This document shows positions 1 through 12,686 of a stretch of DNA of 64,000 nucleotides, piece by piece. The notes under the pieces are model-generated. The model had not been told where the DNA came from. It made no database searches and was given only the letters and a program-made list of their open reading frames with translations. Positions within the stretch are counted from its first letter, which is position 1; every line of letters starts with the position of its first letter. This DNA is from Octopus bimaculoides. Its lineage: Eukaryota. The DNA lies in contig NC_068990.1 of assembly GCF_001194135.2 (NCBI RefSeq), positions 58,705,386-58,769,385 on the forward strand, written 5' to 3'. A program made the translations under genes and the position numbers.

Positions 1-769
1 AGAGAAGCAAGTAAGTGCGATAAAGATATTTAGGAGGATGTCTAAATGGATGTATGTCTTTGAGGGTCAGTGTGAAGGGTCACGCTGCCATCCTCCTCAA
101 AGACATACATATCCAAACAGCAGGACTATATCTGAACTGATTGTTTAATAGCAAGAAATTCAGCCAGAAGAAAGAAGCTTTCATTGGCTTCTTTTTATTC
201 CTCTTTCTTACCTTCTTTCTCACTTCTTTTAGTCTTACTTTTTTTTTTTTTTTTTTTTACAATCGAGTCATATGATTTTGTTGATGTATTTTATTTGGTT
301 TCATTCAAGGACTGCTGTTGCCGTTTCTACTGTTGATGCTGCTGTTGCTGGTGGCGGTGCTTGTAGTGGTCATCTGGCAAAAGAATGTGATTGTGAAGAT
401 GACGTTGGTGCTATTAACTGGAATACAGACACTTATGTTCAGCACTAATGAAGTAGCTTTTATTCACTTCATTCTCGAAAGAGTTTCCGTTTCCACGTAG
501 TAAACAGGCCAGACGACCTCGGGGAAGACATCGATATATTAGACCAAAATAGATTTCCCGTGCATGCCAAACTGTTTTACCTTGTGAATGTATCCAAGGA
601 ATATTAGTTAAAATATGATTTATAGCAATTTCACAATCGCATGTCTGTAATATTAAAGAATAGCAGATCACACAGATCCCCTTTACATAGCTGGTACTGA
701 ACTAATCTACTTAAATAGAACGAAAAATAAAACTGACCACGGCAAAATATAAGTCGAGTGCTCAAATAA

Positions 770-979
770 TCCTTTCTACTCTAGGTACGAGGGCTGAATT
801 TTTTGTGGGGGAACCGTAGTCGATTGCATCGATCCCAGTGCATAACTGGTACTTGTTCATCGACCCTGAAAGGATGAAAGGTAAAATCAGCCTCAGCAGA
901 ATTTGAACTCAGAAAGTAAAAACAGAGGAATACCGTTAGCATTTTGTCTGGCATGGCAACGATTCATCCAACTTACCGC
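770..979 (-). mobile_element. tRNA-derived SINE, family A (copy 1 of a tandem pair)
   Basis: Reverse complement matches the family A pattern (GGCGG..AGCTGG..GAATCGTT..GAGTTCAAATTC..TTTCATCCTTTC.GGGTCGAT..AAGTACCAGTT). Flanked by GCTCAAATAA (760-769) and ACTCAAATAA (988-997). Confidence 0.85.
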
Positions 980-997
980 CTTTCAATACTCAAATAA

Positions 998-1202
998 AGG
1001 TTTCAAATTTTGGCACAAGACCAGCAAGTTCTGGAAGAGAGGTAAGTAGTTTACATCGACCCCAGTTCTCAACTGGTACTTATATTTTGTCGACCCCGAA
1101 AGAATGAAAGGCAAAGACGACCACAGATGAATTTGAACTCGGAACGCAAAGATGGACGAAATGCCGCTAAGCATTTTCCCTTCATTTCTGCCAACCTGCC
1201 AT
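998..1202 (-). mobile_element. tRNA-derived SINE, family A (copy 2 of a tandem pair)
   Basis: Family A sequence with an 18-bp TSD: CTTTCAATACTCAAATAA (980-997) and CTTTCAATGCTCAAATAA (1203-1220). Confidence 0.9.
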
Positions 1203-1629
1203 CTTTCAATGCTCAAATAATGCATGACATTTCATCTTCCTCTCTACCATTCCTTATACTTCTTCTGACTTATTTTTATCATGTAGCGATTTATCACATT
1301 TAGAAAGATATCGCACAGTTGTTGAAAAAACAATTTCGTTTATTATCTTACTAGCAGTACATGGTACCTTTTTTGATATCTGAGACTGCCCCTGGTTCTG
1401 TGGTACAAATGAATTGCTTTTAAAGTAACCGAAGTTAAAATTTCCTATTAGAAATTTTAACTTCGTTTACTTAACAATGACAAAACTCTTTTGATATATT
1501 CATTATTTTTTTTAAATTAAATGAAATATTTAAAAAAAGGATGTATTTCAATAGATATGCGGTAACAAAAGTGTTGAATTACAGGAAAAAGAAGGACGGA
1601 TAACTGAGGTAGGATATATATTCAGAATA

Positions 1630-2010
1630 TTTGTTTCAAATTTCTGTACAAGGCCAGCAATTTCGGGGAGAGGGGTTAGGCAATTACATCAGCCCCCCCC
1701 CCCCCTATACAACTGGTACTTATTTTATCGACCACAAAAAAAGGATGAAAGGTAAAGTCGACCTCAGCAGAACTTGAGCTCAGAACGTAAAGACGGACGA
1801 AATGCCACTAAGCATTTTGCCAGGCGTGCTAAAGATTCTGTCAGTTTGCCGCTTTATAAATTTGAAACCAGCAGTATTCAACTGGTACTTATTTTATCGA
1901 CCCCGGAAGGCAAAGCCAACCACGATCGGATTTGAACTCAGAACGAGAAGACGGACAAAATGCTACTAAACATTTTGGGAGGCGTGCTAACGATTCTGCC
2001 AACTCGTCGC
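1630..2010 (-). mobile_element. Two stacked family A SINE copies (about 1630-1853 and 1872-2010)
   Basis: Two GAATTTGAACTCAGAACG-type B-box complements. The second copy is flanked by TTATAAATTTGAAACCA and TTATAAATTCAAACCA. Confidence 0.85.
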
Positions 2011-3565
2011 CTTATAAATTCAAACCATATTACGACAAAATTTAATACTCAGATTTGCACGGCACAGTACTGTACAATACTCACTCAGTCCAGTACTCTA
2101 CAACATATATATATATATGACTCTAACATCTCTATAATAATTAAATAATAAACGATATAATGTCTCAAGGATATTCACGGTTGACTGGATTTATACGATT
2201 GAGTTGCTTTGACGAATTCCTCCTTTTTCTGTCTTAAATGTGTTCAGTCTGATAATTAGTTTCGTTATTAAACATTTACTCTCAAAAATAATCAATTTCT
2301 CTTTTATATTTCTGGTTCGGAAGCATATCATAGTAATGGGAATATATTACATTTAAAGACATTCATTATTGTGCTCCGTTGAATGTTTCTATTTATCCAA
2401 ATTCTCTTTAATATTCCTTGACTCCATACTTCCTAGTATCATTACTCTCATTATATTTCGATTAATTTTGAAACAAATGAAAATCTTGTATAATCCGACC
2501 CAACATATTTTCTTTAGTTCAACATATTTATGCTATACTCTATTATTTCTATCTATAAATCTGCTATAATCCCTCCTCTCTTCCGTCTTAACTTTTCATA
2601 ATGACCCAACCATTCTCTCCCAATGTCATATTAACACTTCTCTTAAAAATCCTTTAACCTTTATTCTATGATATTCCGGTTTCGTATCATGGACCAGTGT
2701 TCCCCAACTTTGTTTAATGTACAGTAAAGAGATTGGTAATTGTTTTTTTGCAGTTCAGTGTTTGATGGCTTGAGTTTTGTCTCTCTAAGCTCAATAAAAT
2801 AAGTATTAATCATGTACCGAAATATATTCCATTGACTTCACTTTTTCTTCTTACAAATCTCTGACAGTATCAATAAAAATCATCCACAAGACGGCGAAAA
2901 TAAGTCATCATTCTGATGTCGTTAGGACAAGTGAAGTCTATTATTTCGGGTAGGGCCCTTGTCTAAAGACAGTACAGTTTTGCATTTTCCTTCCATGCAG
3001 AAGACCACTACTCGAAATGTCAATCCTCTACTTTTCGGAACACACGAGCTTACCTTAGTTTACTGTTAAGTCGGGATTTTCCGACGCAGTACATGGCTAG
3101 TTTCCCTGAGTCTAATGATACTTTTTATAAGAATTATTATATTGCTCTTCAGTATATATATATATATNNNNNNNNNNNNNNNNNNNNNNNNNNNNNNNNN
3201 NNNNNNNNNNNNNNNNNNNNNNNNNNNNNNNNNNNNNNNNNNNNNNNNNNNNNNNNNNNNNNNNNNNNNNNNNNNNNNNNNNNNNNNNNNNNNNNNNNNN
3301 NNNNNNNNNNNNNNNNNNNNNNNNNNNNNNNNNNNNNNNNNNNNNNNNNNNNNNNNNNNNNNNNNNNNNNNNNNNNNNNNNNNNNNNNNNNNNNNNNNNN
3401 NNNNNNNNNNNNNNNNNNNNNNNNNNNNNNNNNNNNNNNNNNNNNNNNNNNNNNNNNNNNNNNNNNNNNNNNNGAGAGAGAGAGCATGGAAGAGAAGAAA
3501 AAAACAAAGTGACAGAAAAGAATAGACCTTATTACTTGACTGCTACTTTATTTATTGATTCCGTG

Positions 3566-3948
3566 GTTAGCACTCCGTCGGTTACGACGACGAGGGTTCC
3601 AGTTGATCCGATCAACGGAACAGCCTGCTCATGAAATTAACGTGCAAGTGGCTGAGTACTCCACAGACACGTGTACCCTTAACGTAGTTCTCGGGGAGAT
3701 TCAGCATGACACAGAGTGTGACAAGGCTAACCCTTTGAAATACATGTACGACAGAAACAAGAAGAAAGAGTGAGAGAAAGTTATGGAGGAAGAGTACAGC
3801 AGGGTTCGCCACCATCCCCTGCCGGAGCCTTGTGAAGCTTTGGGTGTTTTCGCTCAATAAACACTCACAACACCCGGTCCGGGAATTGAAACCGCGAGCC
3901 TACGACCGCAAGTCCGCTGCCCTAACCACTGGGCCATTGCGCCTCCAC
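3566..3948 (-). mobile_element. Full-length tRNA-derived SINE, family D
   Basis: Minus-strand head TGTGGAGGCGCAATGGCCCAGTGGTTAGGG..GGTTTCAATTCCC (A and B boxes). Perfect 12-bp TSD ATTGATTCCGTG at 3554-3565 and 3949-3960. Second copy at 58766-59084. Confidence 0.92.
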
Positions 3949-6639
3949 ATTGATTCCGTGATGCAATGATAAAAAGCGAAATACACTTTGACAGAATTTG
4001 AACTCAGAAAACAGGAACAAACAGTAGAAGTTATTCTATCCCACTCTGTAATGATTTTGCCAATTCATTTGCTCTAATTCCTATTTCAGAACTATCAGGC
4101 TTTAAATATTATTTGTTGAGGAATAAATATTCAAAGTTTTATTTCCTACCTGCAATAATCTCATATTTACCTCATTGATGACACTATAGCTGCTTCTATC
4201 ACTTGTTGAAATAATTACCAACCATATAATCATTAAGGGGGAAAATAGGGTGGATTGTTGGAGTGTTGGGTATAATGCGTTGCAATATTTGTTCCCACTC
4301 TTTGCACTGTAAGTACCAAACCCACCGAGGCCAACTTTGCCCTTCATCCTTGCGAAAGCAATACAAAAAAAGAGTAACAATTCAGAGCGGTGGGTTGGAT
4401 GAATCGTTAGAGCACCGGGTGGACTGCATTTCTTGCGGTATCTTCTCCAGCACTGTACATTCTACATTCACACCCCGCGCTTGATCACTGAAAAGCATTG
4501 ACATTTCTGTCAGGAGTTGCAAGTATCAGACAGTACCACCAAATTGAAAAATCAATGGAAACGTAGTTTTCTCCTTGGCTCCATCAGATGATCTACTGTC
4601 ACCGGAAATATCTGAAAACACCGATTAATTTTACCTCTATATTTTCTTACAAAAGAGAAAACTGAAATATTAATTCACAAAACTAATATATATTGTAAAA
4701 ATAAAATCTAGCACAGGGAGACGACAAAGGAACATACTGAATAATAAGAAAAAACACGAGAGAGGCAGACATGTTCAAATCTCTCATCAATTATCACCAA
4801 ATATCACAAGAATTTCGATTACTCTATCAATGCTGGTTTCTTCACAGATTTGAAACGTGAAAACTTTTATGGAATTTGTGACATAGCCTTCTATAAGTCA
4901 AATGATTCCTTCAAGGAGCCTAAGTTGCGTTAGCGTTTTTCGGTTAATAAAAACTTACATATGAAGGTCTTTGCAAGGAAACCTTTTCCGGTTTCAGATG
5001 TTTGTTCGTCCAATAATAATCTGCTACATTCATTCTTCTGAAAAATGTCTTCATATATTGCATTTCTTAGTTTTTCTGCATGTTACAGGTCTACCGATTT
5101 TAATGTTCAAATAAGATCTACAGTTTAGCATATACTAAGTGAATGATATTCTTTCTCCATACAGCTTCTTAATTTATAATTTAGAAAAGAATTATTTGCA
5201 CACAGTATACAATGTCTTTCTGCGAAATTATTAAATAACATTTTTGCTAACAGTCAACGTTGCTCCAAGATACTATTCGCATTTTCTCATCCTTATAGCG
5301 CCCTTTGACCTTTATTTTCTGTATGGAACATATTTCTTGGATGTTTGCTTGAAAAATTAACCATATTAATACTTTTAATCTAATGACAGTCTGTACTACT
5401 CAGTTATACAGTTCGCTGTTCTTTCACACTGATAGAAATCAAATAGAGTCATAGTTCAGAAGAAGCCGATCAAATTCTCACTTCATACATCTAAACACTA
5501 CAACCAATCACAGCGACTAAATACTAGTGGCTCTGCCATGTCAATATTCTCAGTGCAGTGTGGACAAAACAGTCACCGTATGTTTAGTTCACTGAAAAAA
5601 TTAATTAGTATACTGTAACTGAATACAGGACTATAAACTTTGGCGCCTGATCAAAAATACGAGACAACATAATTTCATAGTTTTCATTAATATCAGAGAG
5701 TGGTTAAAACGGGCAAATCAATAGAACCCCGCCCCTAACCAAATGTACAACATGTTTAGTTCAACATGTCACTGTATTTAGTTCAATTCTCTCTCAAGTA
5801 AGCTACGCTCTTTATACCTGCAGGGATCGTTAAAATGAGAACGACAAAATTACTAGTGTCGATTCAATTGACTGTATTTTCCCCAAAACAAAGTTGGCCC
5901 ACTGCCTAAGCAAAGTAAATCACTATTTTTTTATGGAATTCAGTGCAAAATGTTGAAAACAGAAAACGAAATGAATGTTTGACCATGTCGATAGAGCTGA
6001 TATCACTCTATTTGACAAATAAACATCTAACACAAGACTCTTTACTATTATCGAGAAATTGTAGTATGAAAGAGTTTTGGAAGTAGACATTGGTGTATTT
6101 GACTAAATCAAAGTTGTACTGATATTTACAGTGATATTGCAAATCGCCCAAAGCTCAACTACATACTTGGTTGATGATGGATGTCTCTCTATGTCAGATA
6201 TATGTCTTGGCTTTCAAAGTTATTGTTCATACAGAAGAGTATTCGTCAGGAAAATATTTAAAGCCTGAGTCTGTAACCTGATTTCAATTCTAAATTGTAA
6301 CTGTTTCGCAATACTTTTGGTACTACTGGCTCACTAATTCAACCAGACATACGAAGCTGAAATACCATAGTTACCTTTATTGCCAGAGAGTTCTATAGAG
6401 TAACCTATAGCAGTTTCTTTCAACCCTTTCCTTTTACTAACAATGCGCTCACACAGTGATATCTAAATTTATTTTCGACTCACTATCTCCTTGGTTTCAC
6501 ACCATATTCCCTGTGAGAAATTCACTACTACCACCACTACAACCACCACCATCATCACTGTCACCTAATGCTCAGAAGAATGGGTCACACTTCACAGCCG
6601 AGTGACACAGGAAATTTCAAAGAGATAACAATACATCTA

Positions 6640-6860
6640 ACGATACTTTACAAATAATGCCTTTCTTCGAAATGATTTCTTCATCAATCACAACTCATCC
6701 TGGCAGGTTTGTAAGAAAACCGACGGGTCCTCCATCTGTTTCCACGATGAGAATTTCTATTGTTCCATCAAGTGAACAGCTTTCTTATTGAATTATTATA
6801 GTGCAAGTGATTAACTATTCCTTCACCGTAAACCTCATTCAGAATTAACGTTGCACTGGG
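6640..6860 (-). pseudogene. Possible highly decayed mariner-like transposase N-terminal fragment
   Basis: Minus frame gives LNEVYGEG (6819-6842), resembling the mariner HTH 'vyGe' motif, followed by frameshifted remnants. No TIRs or catalytic motif found. Confidence 0.3.
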
Positions 6861-6913
6861 TGGGACAAGGCTGGATTTTACAGGTGGTATTATAGGGCCA
6901 GTTAGGCTGACGG

Positions 6914-7015
6914 ACTTCTATGCAATTTCTGACTAGCCAATTTCACTTAAAGGGTATGGATCAACACAAATAAATGGTAGAAGACACTTGCCCAAGGGAC
7001 CGCGTGGTTGTGAAG
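6914..7015 (-). mobile_element. Decayed family B SINE, 5' half
   Basis: GGTAGAAGACACTTGCCCAAGG core, as in other family B copies. Confidence 0.6.
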
Positions 7016-7190
7016 GAATCTTCTTAAATATTTTGTAATTCCATGTTGATAACCCCCATTCTGGGGGCCATAACACTATCAAGTTCACTGTATAACAGAC
7101 AGGTGAAAAAGTATAGGTAGACTATACTAACATGACAAATTCCATTAAAATCTAAGCACACCAATCTTTAATCACACACTCACATAACGC

Positions 7191-7228
<38 letters not shown>

Positions 7229-7249
7229 TTCNNNNNNNNNNNNNNNNNN

Positions 7250-7290
<41 letters not shown>

Positions 7291-8306
7291 AGAACAAATA
7301 TATATATATATATAGACATACACATATGTGTGTGTATGTGTTTATGTATGCATGCATGTATGATGCATGTACTGGCGTTGTACATTTTTGGCAAGTGACT
7401 GCATCTAAGACGATATGCCAGAACCAAAAGACAATTCTCAACTAGATTTTATAGCTTCAGGAGCCTTTTTCTATTTTTCCTGTTTTCTTTTTATCAGTTT
7501 TTCGTTCTATTTTTCATTTCTCATTTTCTTTTGTTGATTTCTTTTAATAGTTACATTCAACTTAAAGCATAGAAGTACTTAATGTCAGTTTAATATATAA
7601 GGTAAACTCTTTTATACTTTGGTCAGTTGTCCCTTTGTGCGTCAGTAAATTTACATTCGTTTTTTGATATATATATATATATATANNNNNNNNNNNNNNN
7701 NNNNNNNNNNNNNNNNNNNNNNNNNNNNNNNNNNNNNNNNNNNNNNNNNNNNNNNNNNNNNNNNNNNNNNNNNNNNNNNNNNNNNNNNNNNNNNNNNNNN
7801 NNNNNNNNNNNNNNNNNNNNNNNNNNNNNNNNNNNNNNNNNNNNNNNNNNNNNNNNNNNNNNNNNNNNNNNNNNNNNNNNNNNNNNNNNNNNNNNNNNNN
7901 NNNNNNNNNNNNNNNNNNNNNNNNNNNNNNNNNNNNTTTTTTTTTTTTTTTTTTTTTTCTTATGGGTCTCAATCGTTTGACGACGTCCTTCGCTCTCTGA
8001 CTATAAATTGTGTCCAAGTATACGTACGATATCTGCATAAAGTATCAGTTTTAATATATTTTATTAAGACAGTAATATTATTAGATTTTAGGTGGTCGTT
8101 TTGGATAAAATATATAATGAAATAATAACCTAGTTATGTAATATATATGTAGACACACACACACAAATTTACGCACATATTTGTAAGCGTGCATGTCATT
8201 ATTTAGTTTTATTTCAAGATTTCGTCCCAATAGAGAAAGAACCGGTTTCTAACCTAGATCTAAGGTTCCTTTATCAGAATTTCAGTGACATCAACAGGGT
8301 ATTTTT

Positions 8307-9305
8307 GTATGTAAGTATGTATGTATGTATGTATACGTGCAGATTCGTATGTTTTGTCTTATGTATATATTCTCATGCACATAGTTGCATGTCTAGACAT
8401 GCTCATAAATGATAAACTTCTGGAAAGTTTTACAGATTTTTACAGTTCCAGTGATGGCTTGGGTCTGTAGTCTTTGAATCAGCTTTCTTCTTTCCGATTT
8501 TGAGAAGCCTAATTTCTCAAGAATGGAATTTAGGCAGTGTGTTACACGTCTCAGTACCCCAGTAATTACAGATATAAACCTACACTTGTAATCTGGATAA
8601 AGTAACTGCAAAATTTTCAATAGTTCAGCGTAGGTATTCTTTTTTCACTGAGCTTCAGCTTTATGTTAACATCCGCTGGACAACTGATTTCCACAACTGT
8701 ACACAGTTTCTCTTCTCTATCCCAAATCATTACATCAGGGCTATTGTGTTTACATTTTATGAGGTTTTCACAAGGACACTCCACCAGTACTCCCTTTTAT
8801 TTTGAGTGGCTATGGCTTCCACCACACCGTGGGTTTTATTTCTTTTTCCTCGGAGTTACCCTTCTGACCTACCTCGTTATACAGTGTCCTAGCTACATCA
8901 TGTCACATCGGTAGATAGACCCGTGATGACATTTTTGGACAACTGCTTATGATGTGGGTGATATCTCCGGTGTTAACTCCACAGTGTCTGCATCGGATGT
9001 CACATTTTTCTGATTTTCCTGCATTTCTGTCCTTTTTGTGTATGAGGTAATTGTCCGATGTTTCCTGTTCCTGGATTGCAAATGCATACCCTTCAAATTT
9101 GGAAATAGTAATCTGGTTGTTGGCCCATGATAGACTGTTTTGTTACTATCATCTCGGAGCTTTTCGAGTTTGTTTCAATCATTGCACTGTGGCCATGCTG
9201 AAGCACCATCTTAAAGGCTTTTAGTAGGACAAATCGATCCCAATGCTTATTTTTAAGTCTGTGATTTTTTATTCTAGTGAACTGTGAAGTTATTGGGACG
9301 TTAAC
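8307..9305 (-). mobile_element. 5'-truncated RLE-type non-LTR retrotransposon (R4/Dong- or NeSL-like), (TACA)n-tailed family, copy 1
   Basis: Minus translation with frameshifts and stops: CCHC knuckle CRHCGVNTGDITHIISSC, YLPM*HDVA, RLE region HNSPDVMIWDREEKLCTVVEISCPADVNIK, and C-terminus LQLLYPDYKCRFISVITGVL..TGTVKICKTFQKF. The 3' UTR is followed by (TACA)n (plus-strand GTAT repeat at 8307-8334). Confidence 0.88.
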
Positions 9306-9501
9306 AACCAGCACCGGTTATTAAGTGGGGACAGGGGAAACACATATACACATACACACACACATACACACATATATCCGTTTAACTTGTTTTGGGCAAA
9401 AGTGTCAAATATTTCATAGTGTCGGTTACTGCCTGTTATTCCCATATTCTTAAGTGATCCTATGGGATGGTTACATATGTGGTACTCCTCAGTCATTTTT
9501 G

Positions 9502-9563
<62 letters not shown>

Positions 9564-9733
9564 NNNNNNNNNNNNNNNNNNNNNNNNNNNNNNNNNNNNN
9601 NNNNNNNNNNNNNNNNNNNNNNNNNNNNNNNNNNNNNNNNNNNNNNNNNNNNNNNNNNNNNNNNNNNNNNNNNNNNNNNNNNNNNNNNNNNNNNNNNNNN
9701 NNNNNNNNNNNNNNNNNNNNNNNNNNNNNNNNN

Positions 9734-9774
<41 letters not shown>

Positions 9775-10249
9775 TGCATACCGTTATGTATGATTCCATA
9801 AATTCTTAATGATAGAGAATTCAGTCCGGAATCTACCGAAATCGAGCCAGTCCTTACTGATGAGGCAACAGAAATTGCCGAAACTGACGTCAGTATAAGT
9901 AATTCTCGATTGGTGTTTTCGGGCGTTTATAGTCTCTACCAACATATATGTATACAATTATGTGCTTTAACTATAGCATTTAGTGCATTTTAGCTCTTAT
10001 TTCTAGCAATGTAGTTGTTTCTAATACCCTAGTCATATTTAGTGACAATTATGGTTTCCTTTTTAGTAAACATTGCATATCACTGTCTATATAATTTTAT
10101 GTGTGTTTGTGCGTGTGTGTGTATTTGTGTGTTTGCGCGTGCGCGTGGGTATATATGTATATATATATATATATATACATACATACATACATACATGCAT
10201 ACATACATACATACATACATACATACATACGTGCATACATACATAAAAC

Positions 10250-10385
10250 AAGCTTCTTTCAGTTTCCATCTACTATATTCACTCACAAGGCCTTGGTCGA
10301 CCGGAAGCTATAGTTGAGGACACTTATCGAAGGTGTTACGTGGAGAATATAAACTACGTAATGGGGAAGAAAACCTCCAAACTCT
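10250..10385 (-). mobile_element. Family B SINE, 5' half
   Basis: GCTTCTTTCAGTTTCCATCTAC..CACTCACAAGGCCTTGGTCG..GCTATAGT motif. Confidence 0.75.
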
Positions 10386-10514
10386 GACTGCGCATTCTTT
10401 ATTATTATTATTATTCAGACTTTGGAATTTCCTGTCTGTCACTTTTATTGTAATTATTTTTTCGCAAGAATTCTGGTATATCTTCTTTACCCTTTTTTTT
10501 TTTTTTTTCTCTCT

Positions 10515-10680
10515 ACTTGTTTTAGTCATTAGACTGTGGCCACAGTGAGGCACCGCCTCGAAGAACTTCAATCGAACGAATCGACTCCAATACTTCATTC
10601 TTCGTTTTTTAAGCCCGGTACTTATTCTATTGGACACTTTGGCTGAACCGCTGAGTTACAGAGTCGTAAGTACACCAGCA
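10515..10680 (-). mobile_element. Family B SINE, 3' half
   Basis: TTAGTCATTAGACTGTGGCCA..GCACCGCC..GTACTTATTCTAT..GAACCGCTGAGTTAC. Confidence 0.75.
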
Positions 10681-10845
10681 ATGAACAATGTTTTACTTAT
10701 ACATTCCAAATTTAAATTTTGCCTGAAAATTTTGCTATTTTTCTACTCATTAACATGGTTTACAACTACAAATCTGATACTCCTGTACATTCCGCCATAC
10801 TCTATACTTCATTTTATACCTAGAAGAGTTTGATATGTAGGTACC

Positions 10846-10940
10846 TTGCCTTTCATCCCTTCCACGGTCGAGTCCTGGGGTCGATGTAATCGACTAGCAC
10901 CTTCCCCGAAATTGCTGGGTTTGAGCCAATATTTGAAACC
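10846..10940 (+). mobile_element. Family A SINE, 3' part
   Basis: GCCTTTCATCCCTT..CTGGGGTCGATGTAATCGACT..GAAATTGCTGG..TTTGAAACCA. Confidence 0.75.
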
Positions 10941-11869
10941 AGTATATTCTTTTACAAGTAAAATACAATAGCACACGAATATAAGCATATTTACATCTAG
11001 GAAGGATTTCCTGTTTACATATATATAGATATGTACACAGATATATGTTTATATATACATATATTTAAACGTACTCAATCCCTCTCTCATCTGTATATAT
11101 ACATATATATATATATATAGAGAGAGAGAGANNNNNNNNNNNNNNNNNNNNNNNNNNNNNNNNNNNNNNNNNNNNNNNNNNNNNNNNNNNNNNNNNNNNN
11201 NNNNNNNNNNNNNNNNNNNNNNNNNNNNNNNNNNNNNNNNNNNNNNNNNNNNNNNNNNNNNNNNNNNNNNNNNNNNNNNNNNNNNNNNNNNNNNNNNNNN
11301 NNNNNNNNNNNNNNNNNNNNNNNNNNNNNNNNNNNNNNNNNNNNNNNNNNNNNNNNNNNNNNNNNNNNNNNNNNNNNNNNNNNNNNNNNNNNNNNNNNNN
11401 NNNNNNNNNNNNNNNNNNNNNNNNNNNNNNNNNNNNNNNNNNNNNNNNNNNNNNNNNNNNNNNNNNNNNNNNNNNNNNNNNNNNNNNNNNNNNNNNNNNN
11501 NNNNNNNNNNNNNNNNNNNNNNNNNNNNNNNNNNNNNNNNNNNNNNNNNNNNNNNNNNNNNNNNNNNNNNNNNNNNNNNNNNNNNNNNNNNNNNNNNNNN
11601 NNNNNNNNNNNNNNNNNNNNNNNNNNNNNNNNNNNNNNNNNNNNNNNNNNNNNNNNNNNNNNNNNNNNNNNNNNNNNNNNNNNNNNNNNNNNNNNNNNNN
11701 NNNNNNNNNNNNNNNNNNNNNNNNNNNNNNNNNNNNNNNNNNNNNNNNNNNNNNNNNNNNNNNNNNNNNNNNNNNNNNNNNNNNNNNNNNNNNNNNNNNN
11801 NNNNNNNNNNNNNNNNNNNNNNNNNNNNNNNNNNNNNNNNNNNNNNNNNNNNNNNNNNNNNNNNNNNNN

Positions 11870-11918
<49 letters not shown>

Positions 11919-12120
11919 TTATATTTATATATATATGCATATACATATGTATATATATGTGTGTGTGTATGTGTGTATATATGAATGTACATGTAGTTGG
12001 TTTGCGTACGCGTGTCTATTTGTATGTGCGTGTGTATTTTTGTGTCCAGTTACTTTGCCTTTGGAAGTGTCTTTGGAAGTTTGTGTCGTGTGTGCGAGTG
12101 CGTGTGTGTGTGTGTGTGTA

Positions 12121-12173
<53 letters not shown>

Positions 12174-12279
12174 ATGTGTCTATGTGTGCTTAGTTTGAAA
12201 GAAGATGAGAGAATGAACGGAAAAGAGATAGAATGGGAAAATACAGTCGACAAATAGCAGTAAAGGTACATAAATATAT

Positions 12280-12489
12280 AGTCAGAGAGACAGACAGACA
12301 GACAGACAGACTGACAGATATATAGGTAGGCAGGTAGGTAGGTAGGTAGGTAGGAAGGAAGGAAGGTAGGTAGGTAGGTAGGTAGGTAGGTAGGTAGGTA
12401 GGTAGGTAGGTAGGAAGGTAGGTAGGTAGGTAGGTAGGTAGGAAGGTAGGTAGGTAGGTATAGGTAGGTAGGTTGGTAGGTAGGTAGGC
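12280..12489 (+). repeat. Compound (AGAC)n/(AGGT)n tetranucleotide microsatellite
   Basis: Read directly from the sequence. Confidence 0.95.
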
Positions 12490-12652
12490 NNNNNNNNNNN
12501 NNNNNNNNNNNNNNNNNNNNNNNNNNNNNNNNNNNNNNNNNNNNNNNNNNNNNNNNNNNNNNNNNNNNNNNNNNNNNNNNNNNNNNNNNNNNNNNNNNNN
12601 NNNNNNNNNNNNNNNNNNNNNNNNNNNNNNNNNNNNNNNNNNNNNNNNNNNN

Positions 12653-12686
<34 letters not shown>

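Noticed and set aside
2695-2711. CAGTGTTCCCCAACT, resembling a hAT-family TIR
   Set aside because: I found no matching inverted partner or 8-bp TSD.
4500-6500. Long non-repetitive AT-rich stretch checked for a decayed transposase or exons
   Set aside because: All frames I tried were interrupted by stops and gave no recognisable motif.
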